Shown: positions 12,255-24,674, counted from the first letter of the whole stretch. The stretch: DNA of 63,351 nucleotides, filler included, from Globobulimina sp. (GCA_003354225.1; 57 parts of 57 records of this genome joined end to end with filler, not necessarily neighbours in it), one strand, 5' to 3'. Numbers and translations are program-made. The notes: generated by a model not told the origin, from the sequence alone.

Positions 12255-13268
12255 TCAGAGTAAATATTCAGAGCTAAGTGATAAACATTTAACGCTAAAC
12301 ACAAAATATTCAGAAATTGAAATCAAACATCAATTATTAGCGCAGAATGAGCGGAATAATAATAAAGAAAATTTGAATTATCGCATACAAAATGTTGAAT
12401 ATAAAAAATTAATCTCTTCCATAAAAAATGAAAGCAAAGCTTACAAACAGCAATATTCGCAAATCAACAACAAATATAAAAAAATGGATGGTTTGAATAA
12501 AACGTTGGAAATAAAACTAAAAGCTTTACAAAAAGAGGACTTTGATAGGAATTCGATATTGAAAGAAAACAATGGTTTAAAAAATAGTGTTTTTAATTTA
12601 AAACAGCAACTCTCGAAATATGAATGTGATTTGAATAATGTGGCCAAACAATTACAAGTTTCGCACAAAAATGAGAGTTTAATCCCGGAGCTTAAATCTG
12701 AGATTGAACAGTTACACGAACAAATTGATGAATTGAATAGCAACCAAACTGAAATGGAAGTGGTGGACGATGATAATGTGTCCATTGCATCCATCAAATC
12801 GACGCAATCCAATGGTACTCCCACTAACAAATCTGAATTAAAACAGCGTTTGAAAGAATTACGACAAACTTCGGTCAAAACACAATTAGAAAATGAACGG
12901 TTAACGCATCAAATTGCAGAATATCAATCTTTTCATGACAATAAAACACGGCAATTAACGCAGAGTGTAAATGAGTATAAAAATAAAGTTACAAAGTTGC
13001 AAACTACCACAGCAAAACAAGTACAATTAATCAGTGAATGGACAACTAAATATCAACGAGCACAGACACGCTATCAACGGGAATTAAAAAACCATGCACT
13101 GTTATTGCAGGATGTAAAGCAATTAAAACAAGAAATATCTTGCAATTCAGCTTCGAATTCGCAACAAATATCAAAGTCTGAAAGTAGTACGGAAACCCGA
13201 CAGGATTTGCATTTTGCTGTGTTAGAAGCAGAGGTCATTGCAAATAAAGCCACTGCAGAGAGGCTAAA
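12255..13268 (+). CDS. Long coiled-coil protein, fragment
   Basis: Open frame rich in E/K/Q/L heptads. Confidence 0.7.
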
Positions 13269-13368
13269 NNNNNNNNNNNNNNNNNNNNNNNNNNNNNNNN
13301 NNNNNNNNNNNNTTAATTAATTAANNNNNNNNNNNNNNNNNNNNNNNNNNNNNNNNNNNNNNNNNNNN

Positions 13369-14102
13369 TGTTGAGAACTGACCATGGTATTGAGTTTACT
13401 GTTTACAGGAAAATGACTGATACAGGACGATATACCCATTTTAACTCATATCAACCAAGACATCAAAAATCCATTGCTATTACAAGCCTCGCCCGTAGAA
13501 GTCACCAAGTTTGTACAACTCACTCAAGTCTTGTGGATGATAAAAAACTTTTATTTTCCCAGTTTTCTAATTGTGGATACCCTAAACAACTGATTACATC
13601 TAAATTGGACCCAATAAAGCCAGCAAAAGAACCTATGAAAATGCCTAATGTCACTGTATCACTACCTTATTATGGTAACCTGACTGCAAAAATAAGCCAC
13701 TTTCTAGCTAGATTTGGTGTGAAATCTTTTACTCAGAAGGGTGTCTCAATGGGACATTCTCTCTATAAAAATAGTCCAGAAATCGACCCCAAAGATGTCA
13801 TTTATTGTATTCCATGTGCAGACTGTGATGCCTCCTACATTGGTAGAACAACTCGTCATGTCAATTATAGAATCAAAGAACACAAAAGATCAATTGAGAC
13901 AATTAAAGATCATAAACACCCATTATACCGACATGCTGCAAAGAAAGGTCATTCAATAGATTATCTGGGCGTTCATGTGCTAGACAGAGGCCGTAAAAAG
14001 ATATTAGACACAAAGGAACAGTTTTGGATAGAGAAAACAAAACAGACAGTTAATGTGCCAGAATGGAAACCTCATTCCTCTCTTTTGACTGTTGTTATTT
14101 GA
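13369..14102 (+). mobile_element. Penelope-like retroelement: RT C-terminus plus GIY-YIG endonuclease
   Basis: VYRK.T.TGRY..F.S..P..K; LPY; VIYCIPCADC...YIGRT.R....RIKEH; H.I.....VL. Confidence 0.93.
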
Positions 14103-14220
14103 CATATACTTTCGTCTGCCTTCATTGCCTTTATTGTTGTTATATGACCATTTCATTCATTTATAGTTTTGTTATATTATTATGATGTGAAATTACATTG
14201 TTCTTTATTGTTGCAGGGTT

Positions 14221-14261
14221 TGACCTGAAGATGCGATTGATATAATTGCGAAAATTTGTCA
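14221..14261 (+). ncRNA. Candidate minimal type I hammerhead ribozyme in the Penelope 3' region
   Basis: TGAC-CTGAAGA-T-GCGATT(gatat)AATTGC-GAAA-ATTT-GTCA: core boxes, 6-bp stem II, 4-bp stem I. Confidence 0.6.
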
Positions 14262-14702
14262 TAAAATTTATTGTTTTATCACTCACTGTTGCCAGTAGCC
14301 ATTTATCACAAACAAAATAAAACTTCAGCATTACAGTTATCAGTCAGATTTAATCAAAGTCATTCAGACAGGCATTATTATTNNNNNNNNNNNNNNNNNN
14401 NNNNNNNNNNNNNNNNNNNNNNNNNNTTAATTAATTAANNNNNNNNNNNNNNNNNNNNNNNNNNNNNNNNNNNNNNNNNNNNATTATTAGAACTTGAAGA
14501 GAAAGAAAATACTTTAATACAAGTATGATGAGCACACTTATTTGCGTTTATATTCTTATGTTAAATAATAAATACAGGTTCTAAATATTAATGAATTCGA
14601 AACCACTCAACATAAATTATCCACGTTACTCCCTCGATATTCTTCCAAATCGGTATAATTATATCTATATAGAAAAAAACATTGCACTCGCACTAAATCA
14701 AA

Positions 14703-15496
14703 ATGTCACACTCGAAAACACAGATTCTTCTTTGGTTTATTGTATCATACATTGTATCCATATTATTTTCATTATATCCTATCTTTTGTTTATTATTTCA
14801 AGATACAAATCATTGGTATTGTTCTGATCCATTGTTGGATTCAACTGCGTCAATCTTACAATTTATATTAACTTTTCTAATGACAACATCAGTGATAATC
14901 GCAACTTATTACATTTTATTGCATAAAAACAAAAAACATATTGACGCACTTATTCATTGCAGTGCAGATGATAATTTATACGGGTTTTTGACAATAAATA
15001 AAGATTTATTAAGTTATATCAATACAATGAGTAAATGGTATATTTGGTGGATAATGTCATCATTTTGTTTCTTATATCTTAGCTCATTGCCGATACTCAT
15101 CATAGCCTCAATACGTGGCAAAAAGTTGTTTGCTGATATCTTATCACAAAATGTAGTCTATGCTGTACCATTTACTTTTGGGCCAATCATCATAATTACT
15201 GTTTATTTGCCTTTGTACATAATGTTTTTCTCAATGTTTCTCTATGGAAAACTATGTAAAGTTATCGCAGACATCGGAGTTCGACAAAACAAAAAAAGCA
15301 ATGAGGATTTATATCCATTATTGTTGCGATTCAGAGACTATATGTTATGCTTTAGATTTTTTATGATATTTCTAACAATTTCCTGTGGTATTTGTGTCGC
15401 AATGTGTGGCTGGAATTTATTTGTTTTAATGGGTGCTATATTTGGTTTAAAAACGAATAAATTTGAAATATGGTACTTGTTATGGGGAATGATTGG
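14703..15496 (+). CDS. Multi-pass membrane protein, 3' partial
   Basis: At least 5 hydrophobic helices. Confidence 0.65.
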
Positions 15497-15596
15497 NNNN
15501 NNNNNNNNNNNNNNNNNNNNNNNNNNNNNNNNNNNNNNNNTTAATTAATTAANNNNNNNNNNNNNNNNNNNNNNNNNNNNNNNNNNNNNNNNNNNN

Positions 15597-16160
15597 TCTT
15601 TATTTTCTTCAATAAATGTTTGATAATATTTTTTAACTGCAATGTCTCTGGCGTCTCCTGTTAAAGAGCGACTATTATCTGGTAAAACAGTGCTGGGTTG
15701 ATCATGCCAACAATGATATTTTAATAATTCGCATTCATACCATTTTGTAATATTTTTCCCTTTTTGAACTTTAATTTCGGGAATCCAATTGATTATATGA
15801 TATTTTGCTTTTTTATTACTTCGTTTTCGTTTTGTTAAAACTGGTTCTTCAGTTGATAATTTGGTTACTTTGAATGTCCTGACAAATGTGTCTAAGTTCA
15901 TTGTATCCCAGTTTATATCTTTAAACTCCACTTTATTTTTATATTTTAATCTTTCTGCATAAACATCCACAACACTTTTTGGTGTTTTCCAGGTTTTTGT
16001 TTTTCTATCAACATAACATGTAAACGAAGGATATAAATTTATATCTTGAAACACCAGATTTGGATGTTCCACTAACGGTATACTTAAATTATGGAACATT
16101 ACCTCCTGAGCTGAATAATTTCGCTGTTGCCCAAATTTCATCATTAATTTCGCTGTTGCC
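15597..16160 (-). mobile_element. Helitron2/Helentron-like Rep-helicase linker fragment
   Basis: KLMMKFGQQRNYSAQEVMFHNLSIPL matches the R(D/E)xSAQEx..L..PL motif; YECELLKYHCW resembles the Y..L.L..PW motif. Confidence 0.7.
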
Positions 16161-17023
16161 CAACACAATAAAATACAAAACATAGATATATCAATGATAC
16201 TCGCACATCACCAATAATATCGTCAAATATTTCCAATCTATTCGATTTTAAATCTATTTCCAATCTATTCGATTTTATTCCGATTAAATATCGATTTTCA
16301 ATATATTTTAAAAATAATTAATTACATATTTTAGTTTTTTAAATCGGTCGATTTAAATTTAAAAATAACAAGATTGAAATTGAATTGATATGTGAATTAT
16401 TCCCGATTGAATGGTTTATATTCGATTTAAATAAGATTTGGTTCGATTTATAATCAATTTAAACTCGATTTATTTATTTTTAGGATTTATTTAAATTCGA
16501 TTAAAATCTATGGTTTCAATCGGATATACAGTAGTGTTCCCGATAAGAGGTACGCATATTAGTGCTAATATATATATTAGTTGTACTAATATATTTATAG
16601 AATGGAGCACNNNNNNNNNNNNNNNNNNNNNNNNNNNNNNNNNNNNNNNNNNNNTTAATTAATTAANNNNNNNNNNNNNNNNNNNNNNNNNNNNNNNNNN
16701 NNNNNNNNNNTTAGTGAATTGCATGCAAGGAGCGTGGATTAATTAAAAGTACTCATTCCACTCCTCCCTTGACATGAATATAAAATCAAAAAGTCATTTG
16801 AAAAATATCTCTTGCATAAAATTATTGTATACTTATAAAAACCTATAAGAAATGTTATATAATCCATGAAATATATGTCTCTTTGTGTTTTGCAATTTTT
16901 TTATTTCTTTTTTAATGGAAAATGTGTGTTTTTTAATTTATCTGAGAAAATATTGTATACACAAACATATACAACAGAAACAGAAACACAAAATAGTAGT
17001 TTTGTTTGGGAAAAAATAAAAAA

Positions 17024-17087
17024 TGTGATGATAGGGATTTGAACCCAAATCTTCTTTCATTAGATGCTTTTCTTAAGCTATCATCAC
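17024..17087 (-). ncRNA. tRNA-like element or tRNA pseudogene with a shortened anticodon arm
   Basis: Perfect 7-bp acceptor stem GTGATGA/TCATCAC, T8A9, D stem GCTT/AAGC, T arm GGG-TTCAAAT-CCC, downstream T-run. Confidence 0.65.
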
Positions 17088-17824
17088 AATATATTGGATA
17101 GTTAGGGCCAACATAATCTCTCTTTTAAATATGTTTTTGTTGCGGTGGGACACGCCACCGATCTCTCATTTAATTTATGTACATCAAACTCATGTTTTCT
17201 ACATTTTAATTATTTCTATGTTCGCACCAAAAGGACATGAATAAAAATGTTTTGTTGACTGTAATGTTTGTACATGTGTTTCTTTTCTCCCATAAATATG
17301 AATCTGTGTTTGCGTTTACATAAATTTGTTACTCATTGCAATTTGATGAATGATGGTGATGTTGTTTTTATATTTATTACACCAAAATTGACGCTGTGTG
17401 CGATCTTAAGTGCGAATTTTTATGTATTTCGGATCATCTAACAAGCGTAAATTAATTTGGATGTTTCCGTGAGGTTGAATGCTTTTTCTAAGTGCATTGA
17501 GTGAACCCTACTACATATATAGCACATGTTTTTTTGCCTGTAATTCTTCATTTTACTGCAGACACAACAATTGAGCTAATTTATTGTGTGACATCTATAC
17601 ATAATGCAGAAAAGAAAATATTAATCCAAATGCGAACAAATATTTGTATTTGCAAATAGGAAACGGAAAGTATTGTCAGATGTATACATATCAGTAATAA
17701 ATAATTATTGACCTTGTCAAGTAGNNNNNNNNNNNNNNNNNNNNNNNNNNNNNNNNNNNNNNNNNNNNTTAATTAATTAANNNNNNNNNNNNNNNNNNNN
17801 NNNNNNNNNNNNNNNNNNNNNNNN

Positions 17825-18806
17825 GGACCTCGTTGTGCAAATCATAATCAATCACTAAGTTTGCCAGCGAATTGATGGACGTATTGGTTTGTACGCGAAT
17901 ATGTCTTTCCTTTTGATGTTTTGTATCAGTTTCTGTCTCTTCATTTTCTTCAATTGCATCTAAATCCATTTCAAAATCCATATTTCTGGATTTGACGGCT
18001 TCAAACATTGAATTCTTCTCTTTTGTGCTCCGTATTTGTATGACGAGTTTGAACACACTTATTATAAATAGATATCCTAAGATACAAATTAAGCACAAAT
18101 CCATGAATAAAAACGAAATCATGGAATATTTCATTATCTCTGTGTGGTGAGACACGTTATTTGTGATTAACTCGTAATAAATAATAAAAAAACCAAAATA
18201 AAAAATTAATTGAAATAATAACATCGTACCGAAACAGCAAAATATTAATAGTTTCTTGTGCATTAAATGAGTGTCGTTAAAATATGAGGCATCGAATAGT
18301 AAATAATATCGATGCATTAACACCAAATAAAATGATATTTTTGCGAGTATCCAAATTAAATTATAGAGTCGATAAATAATATAATTTAAATCGGATGAAT
18401 ATTGCACAAAACGTGTATAATATGCAAAAGGATCCATAATGTTACAAAATGTATACAATAGAATACAAATCATGGTTAATATCATTGAGGCAAAAGATAC
18501 TGAACGAGCTTCATATGGCGCACAATAATTATGCATCGATGCGGATTTTATTGCTGTATTTGCATTTAAACATAAATTCTGTCTTGAATTCACCAGAACT
18601 TTGCATACAACAAAACACATTATCATACAACATATCATCGAGAAAAGCGCTATGATGCAGATGAAGAGGAACATTGGTGGTGTAATGAAATGCATATTGT
18701 ATGGTGACTCATATGCATTGACTATGGTGTCATTATAATATTCGGCATATTGTTGGTTCTGGTTATCAATATAATCGTAATAAGAATATATATCATCCAT
18801 TATCAA
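17825..18806 (-). CDS. 7TM/GPCR-like membrane protein, 3' partial
   Basis: Five TM segments, ..LMHRY at the end of TM3, long hydrophilic loop after TM5. Confidence 0.55.
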
Positions 18807-18938
18807 ACAGATTAAAGTTTTTGACTTTGCAGTGATAANNNNNNNNNNNNNNNNNNNNNNNNNNNNNNNNNNNNNNNNNNNNTTAATTAATTAANNNNNN
18901 NNNNNNNNNNNNNNNNNNNNNNNNNNNNNNNNNNNNNN

Positions 18939-19388
18939 AGGTAATTCACCTAACCATTGGTTAAAATCAATAAGTTTTTGTATGCTGTTTGATTCAGAAT
19001 ATTTATGTGAATCTGCAAATAAAATATCACCGCAATGTATTAGTATATCACCATTTGGAATGTTTAATTGTCTGTGCAATTCGTGCGTATCTGAGATGCA
19101 TACTATTCGAACATACTCTGTTTTTTTTGATGCATATTGCTCATTTAATGTATCATTTTGAATAATATTAGTTTTTTCCGATTCATAATCTATAAAACAA
19201 GAATGTTTTCCATAATATTTAAAATGGAAGAAATTTCTTACATCATGTATTGGCTTAAATAATGGATAATACATATAATGCCAATGAGATATTTTTTTTG
19301 CAATATGATATGCATAATTTCTCTGATATCCAATGTACAAAAAGCAACATAAAACAACCACTAACAATATACACCAACTTGATGCCAT
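18939..19388 (-). CDS. Metallophosphoesterase (MPPED1/2-like) with N-terminal TM anchor, 3' partial
   Basis: RIVCISDTH, IPNGDILIHCGD, DFNQWLGELP. Confidence 0.9.
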
Positions 19389-19453
19389 GATTTCTTTTCT
19401 TTTTTCACAAAGCTGTTTTCCAGTAACTTAAATTCTGGGTTTTTTGATTGAAC

Positions 19454-19952
19454 ATGTCACAGCGAGCAGATGACTGTCCAATCTGTTTACAATCACTAAA
19501 ACGTGATCAAGAAGTATCACATCTAGCATCATGTTGCCATAAATTTCATAAACATTGTATTAAACAATGGCTGAGGATTACTGTATGTTATTATAATTAT
19601 CATTGATGTATGTTCAGAACTGTTGAAAATAAAATAAAATACATAGAAACATCCAACATGTCCCATATGCAGAGATTTAACAAGTATTGCAATGACAGAT
19701 GATACAGAATGGTTACCGCCAAATTATATAAACACCAACACCAATAAAAAAGTTAAAAAAAGTAAACGAATTGCACGAAGATTGAAATGGAAAACAAAAG
19801 AATATATTTTCCAATGTTCTCAATGTCAGAAATCATTCAAAGATAAAGATTTATTGTTTAATCATGAAAAGAAGCATAATAAAGCAAGGACGGAACATTA
19901 TAATTTTAAATGTGGACATTGTGACTATTCTGATTTATTTAGGAATACATTT
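19454..19952 (+). CDS. RING-H2 plus C2H2 zinc-finger protein, intron 19583-19646, 3' partial
   Basis: Spliced CPICL...CCHKFHKHCIKQWL|..TCPICR, then C..C.K.F....L..H...H; first exon is absent from the ORF track. Confidence 0.88.
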
Positions 19953-20052
19953 NNNNNNNNNNNNNNNNNNNNNNNNNNNNNNNNNNNNNNNNNNNNTTAA
20001 TTAATTAANNNNNNNNNNNNNNNNNNNNNNNNNNNNNNNNNNNNNNNNNNNN

Positions 20053-20388
20053 TATCCGGATTGCCCTGCGCAGAAACCGGCGCTCACTGCGGATGAATGG
20101 AGTGAGGGGAAGAACGAGGATCCGATTCAGATGTCGATGGATCCGGAGGATAGAAAGGAGGATGGCTTTGGCGGCGATGACATTGAATTTAAAAGCAAAC
20201 AGACTTACGATGAGGTGGTGGCGGAGAATGTCGAGTTAAGAAGGAAAGTCAAACAGTTACAGGATGAGATTGATCAATTAAAAGGAAACCAAGGTGGTGG
20301 GGATGATGAAAATAAGCAAGAAGATGTTGGGGATGATGATGTTGATGTTGATGGTGATGATGGTGGCGATGAGCAAGGGGGAGAGTAA
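20053..20388 (+). CDS. Coronin C-terminus, 5' partial
   Basis: YPD....PALTADEW..GKN.DP..MS followed by a terminal coiled coil. Confidence 0.85.
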   Translation, partial: YPDCPAQKPALTADEWSEGKNEDPIQMSMDPEDRKEDGFGGDDIEFKSKQTYDEVVAENVELRRKVKQLQDEIDQLKGNQGGGDDENKQEDVGDDDVDVDGDDGGDEQGGE

Positions 20389-21166
20389 AAAGTAAAAAAT
20401 GTTGTGTATATTAATAAGACTTAGTTATGTCATGTATGTAATTTGTGATGTATTTGTTTATTTTTTTTTTCTTGCAATTCTTGGGTATTTTGGTTTTGTT
20501 TTTTTACTTATACTATGTACAAAACTTTTGAGTTTTTGGTTCAAACTATCTCGTTTATCCTTGCACAATTGAAAGAAAATATTTAACGAGATATCCGTTG
20601 GATAACCACCCCCCACTAAACGGTGATTTGTTAAAATTAAAAAATTCAATATTTGCGAGATAAGGCTTTTATATTTTTTGTTTGTGTTTTCGTTTCTATT
20701 TTACTGAAAGAAATGCATCAAAGTTAATTACAAATACAGAACAAACCCAAGACAAACCGTTTCAGGATTTGCAAAGCGTTTCTCTAATAATTGAATAAAA
20801 TGTATCGCCAGGGGTATACAGTTGAGGAATGGGTCCAATATTCCCATCAAAATTATAATTTTCTATTAAATTCGACTTAAATCTTGCGATGAGGAATGCG
20901 CACAAATTAAATGAATAGGGAAAACAAGGCTTTACAACTTGTGTTAATTAAAGTCGGGGGCTAGCATCTCTTCGGCTTGTCTCCTTAAAGGATTTCACGG
21001 CAAACACTTCCCCCCAACAATGGAAGGAATGCATTTAAGTCAGAGGTTGAGAAGTTGAGAGGTTCANNNNNNNNNNNNNNNNNNNNNNNNNNNNNNNNNN
21101 NNNNNNNNNNTTAATTAATTAANNNNNNNNNNNNNNNNNNNNNNNNNNNNNNNNNNNNNNNNNNNN

Positions 21167-22179
21167 TTTTGGATCCTCTTCATGCTCAAATAGTGGATAT
21201 CATCGAGTCAAAGTAACGAATGGTATTTGGGCATTAGGAGCCAACTCATTAATGAATGCAAATATATCATACAGAGATGATAATGAATCCCCCAGAATTG
21301 AGTGTTCTGCTGCTAAATCATGTGCACATTCAACAATTTCATCAATTAATGGTTTATCTGCAGGAGGAGCATTATCATTATTTGCAACAACCATAAATAT
21401 TATATCTGGTACTTTTACTGCATATTTTTGGGGATATTATGCAGGATATCAAGCCACTATTAATTGTGAAGCAGGGAGTGTTTGTAATATAAATTGTGGC
21501 CATAATGGATGTGGTGGACTTTCATTGGTATGTCAAGGTAATGCACAATGTAGTATTTCTAACTCATACACAAAACAATTGGTATGTTACTTATAAGTTG
21601 TTTTAAAACCAAAAATAAATTAAATTAAAAACAGAATGCAAAAGAAATTTTATTTTGGAATTCGACACAAATAACAACAACGAACGAAGACCAATGCTCC
21701 AAACAAATAAATAACAAAACATTTGATAATTATGCGGAACATTATCATGGAAAAGATCTTATTTATACAACAAATGTTGGACCAATATGTTGCAGAGCAG
21801 AAGAGGCATGCTCTTATTCTTTAATATCATATGATAGCAATGGAGCGTCTGTTGTATGCAGTGGATATCGTTCATGTTATTATACGGATATAATATCGAA
21901 TAGTACTGATTTAATGGTTGAGTGTTCTGCAGCGTATGCGTGTTATGGTGGATCTATTGCTGGGAATGGAGGAGCTGTATATTGTTATGGATATGCGTCA
22001 TGTGCTGATACAACAATAACAAAAATATCACACATTTATTGTACTGGTGCAGTTTCATGCTCTGATGCTAATATTGCAAGCTCAGGAATAGATATTACTG
22101 TATATTTAACTGGTTTTTATTCTGGTTATCGTGCATCAATAACTTGCAATGAAAATGATGAATGTACCATTTTATGCGA
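21167..22179 (+). CDS. Cys/Gly-rich repetitive surface protein, intron 21582-21634, fragment
   Basis: Repeated C.G..SC and ECSAA.SC units; intron joins the two ORFs in frame. Confidence 0.75.
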
Positions 22180-22279
22180 NNNNNNNNNNNNNNNNNNNNN
22201 NNNNNNNNNNNNNNNNNNNNNNNTTAATTAATTAANNNNNNNNNNNNNNNNNNNNNNNNNNNNNNNNNNNNNNNNNNNN

Positions 22280-23292
22280 AAATGCGGAATATATGATTTG
22301 ATAATGAATCATATTAAAAAATATAATAATATTAATGTATTAAATGATTATCATTTCATTTTAAGAAATTATTATGAAGAAAATAATGATAAATTTGAGA
22401 ATATGTACAATTATATATGTGCAAGAATAGGACCGTGTGATATCTATAAATGTAATTATATTAAACAATTATATGATAACAACAATAATATTTCTAGTAT
22501 TTCGAGTATTAATGTGAAGGAAATGTCAGTGCTCCATTTATTAAATCAGATTCATTGCTTAATTTTCCATTCCTTTGATATTCATAAATTAAAAAAACAC
22601 AATAAAAATATGGATTTATTTGGATTAAATAAAATGATCAAAAGTAAATATGAAAAATTAAAAGATATTTATAAGTGTGAATATTTTAACTCATATCCAA
22701 AATACATAGCAAATATAAATCATCGGCATGATGATCAATTATCTGTATCTGAGACTGACGCGGCAGCGGATATCAGTATTGATTGTCAATTGCAACCTGA
22801 ATTTAAATTTTGTGAGCCTGCCATACCACAAATACGTCCATTACCTCAATTACAAGCAGGCAAATGGTCCTCTATGAAATCAACACAAAAAATGTATAAA
22901 TTGCGAAAATCTCTGCATGGTTTTGCAAAAACATTAACGCCAAGACTTCATCACCAAAACAGTGATGATGCGAATGACAGGAAACAAAATGATGACAATA
23001 AAACAGACGAAGTGCAATATTTATTTGGTCGCAAGTTTTGTTACTGGTCCTATGGTAAAACAAACAATGATCCATTTTATGTGAAACCAAAAGAAAAGTC
23101 ATTAAAAGACGAGCTAACAAAAAGAAATAGACTGAATATATGGCGATGGAACCTGACTTATGAGAAAGCGCAACAATTTATGAAGTGTAACAATTGTAAA
23201 CAATTGAAAGCAAACAAAGGATGGGAAGATAAATATAAAATACATTATTTTGATGACGTCAGCATCGAACATATTATATCCATATTAATATA
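22280..23292 (+). CDS. Member of an expanded lineage-type protein family, fragment
   Basis: LNDYH, IHCLIFHSFD, FG..F.YW, YVKPK..SLK.E, IEHIISIL; similar motifs at 41201-41994. Confidence 0.6.
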
Positions 23293-23392
23293 NNNNNNNN
23301 NNNNNNNNNNNNNNNNNNNNNNNNNNNNNNNNNNNNTTAATTAATTAANNNNNNNNNNNNNNNNNNNNNNNNNNNNNNNNNNNNNNNNNNNN

Positions 23393-24405
23393 GAGTCGAA
23401 CTGGGTCGCACAACCAATTGGTGTGCCACAAGGCTCAGCATTATCTCCTATACTTTACATTCTATTTACCAATGATTACAAAATAAAATACCCAAACTAC
23501 GTACACTTTGCTTGCTTCGCGGATGATACCGCTTTCTGGACCAGCCCAGGTTCCAAAGATCCCATTCGATACAAATTCCTACAAAATGAACTTAATAACT
23601 TTGGCAATTGGTGTGATAAATGGCAGCTAATGATAAACCCCGCAAAATGCTCCTCTATAAATTTCTCGCATAGTAATCCTATACAATACTATCCTAAACA
23701 TAAAAATATAATAAATCCGATAACAAATAAATCATCAATGATCAGCAAATACACAATCCAGGCATCCCCAATAAAGTATGAAAAAATTGTCCGATATCTC
23801 GGGGTTTGGTTCGATGAACGATTAAATTTCAAAGCCCATATTGATAAAATCCGATCCAAAAATATAAATAGTTATTGGCGCCTATTTTTTACAATAAAAT
23901 CTGGAATTAAATTATCCCCGCTATCCATATCCCTTTTATATAAATCATTAGCTAGATCTCGAATGGAATATGGATTAACACATTTCCACCCATACGATTC
24001 CACCCAAATACTCAGAAAAATACAGAATAAATTCCTCAGACTGGCGATTCCGTGTAGGCTTGACACACCTATCGATATCCTGCAATATCTACTGCAAATT
24101 GAGCCAATCGAGTGTATGGCACATTATCTTACAATGCGCCAACTCGCCAGAGTCTATTATAATAATTCATACCATCCACTAAATAAAACATATAAACAAC
24201 TAATGAAACAAATAAAGACCATAAAAAATCATAAATACAGACGAAATTGCCATAAAAATAAACCCAAAACATCCCCCAAAATAAATAATAAATTTGTAAA
24301 TCTACGAAAAAACCCATTGATAATCGCTACAGATTATAACCAAACCGACCAAACCATTAAAGCATTGACAATGAATTTTAATAAAATGAATAAAGTCCAG
24401 GTTAC
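23393..24405 (+). mobile_element. Non-LTR (LINE) reverse transcriptase fragment
   Basis: GVPQGSALSPILY, FADD, W.L.IN..K, RYLGV.FD..L.F..H. Confidence 0.95.
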
Positions 24406-24674
24406 NNNNNNNNNNNNNNNNNNNNNNNNNNNNNNNNNNNNNNNNNNNNTTAATTAATTAANNNNNNNNNNNNNNNNNNNNNNNNNNNNNNNNNNNNNNN
24501 NNNNNTTTGCGACTGCTGACAGTATTACTTTGAGCTGCTGCTGCTTGAGCCAACAGTTCATCGTGTTTTGGCACACTACAATTACTAATGGTACCCATGC
24601 ACAACGTTAGCTTGAGGAAAAACTGTGTGTTTTGTGGAAAACAAATTCGGTTTGAATTATTTAACAATTAGAAG

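Noticed and set aside
23393..24405. RT as a retron, DGR or group II intron
   Set aside because: Motifs and the C-terminal region are typical of LINE elements
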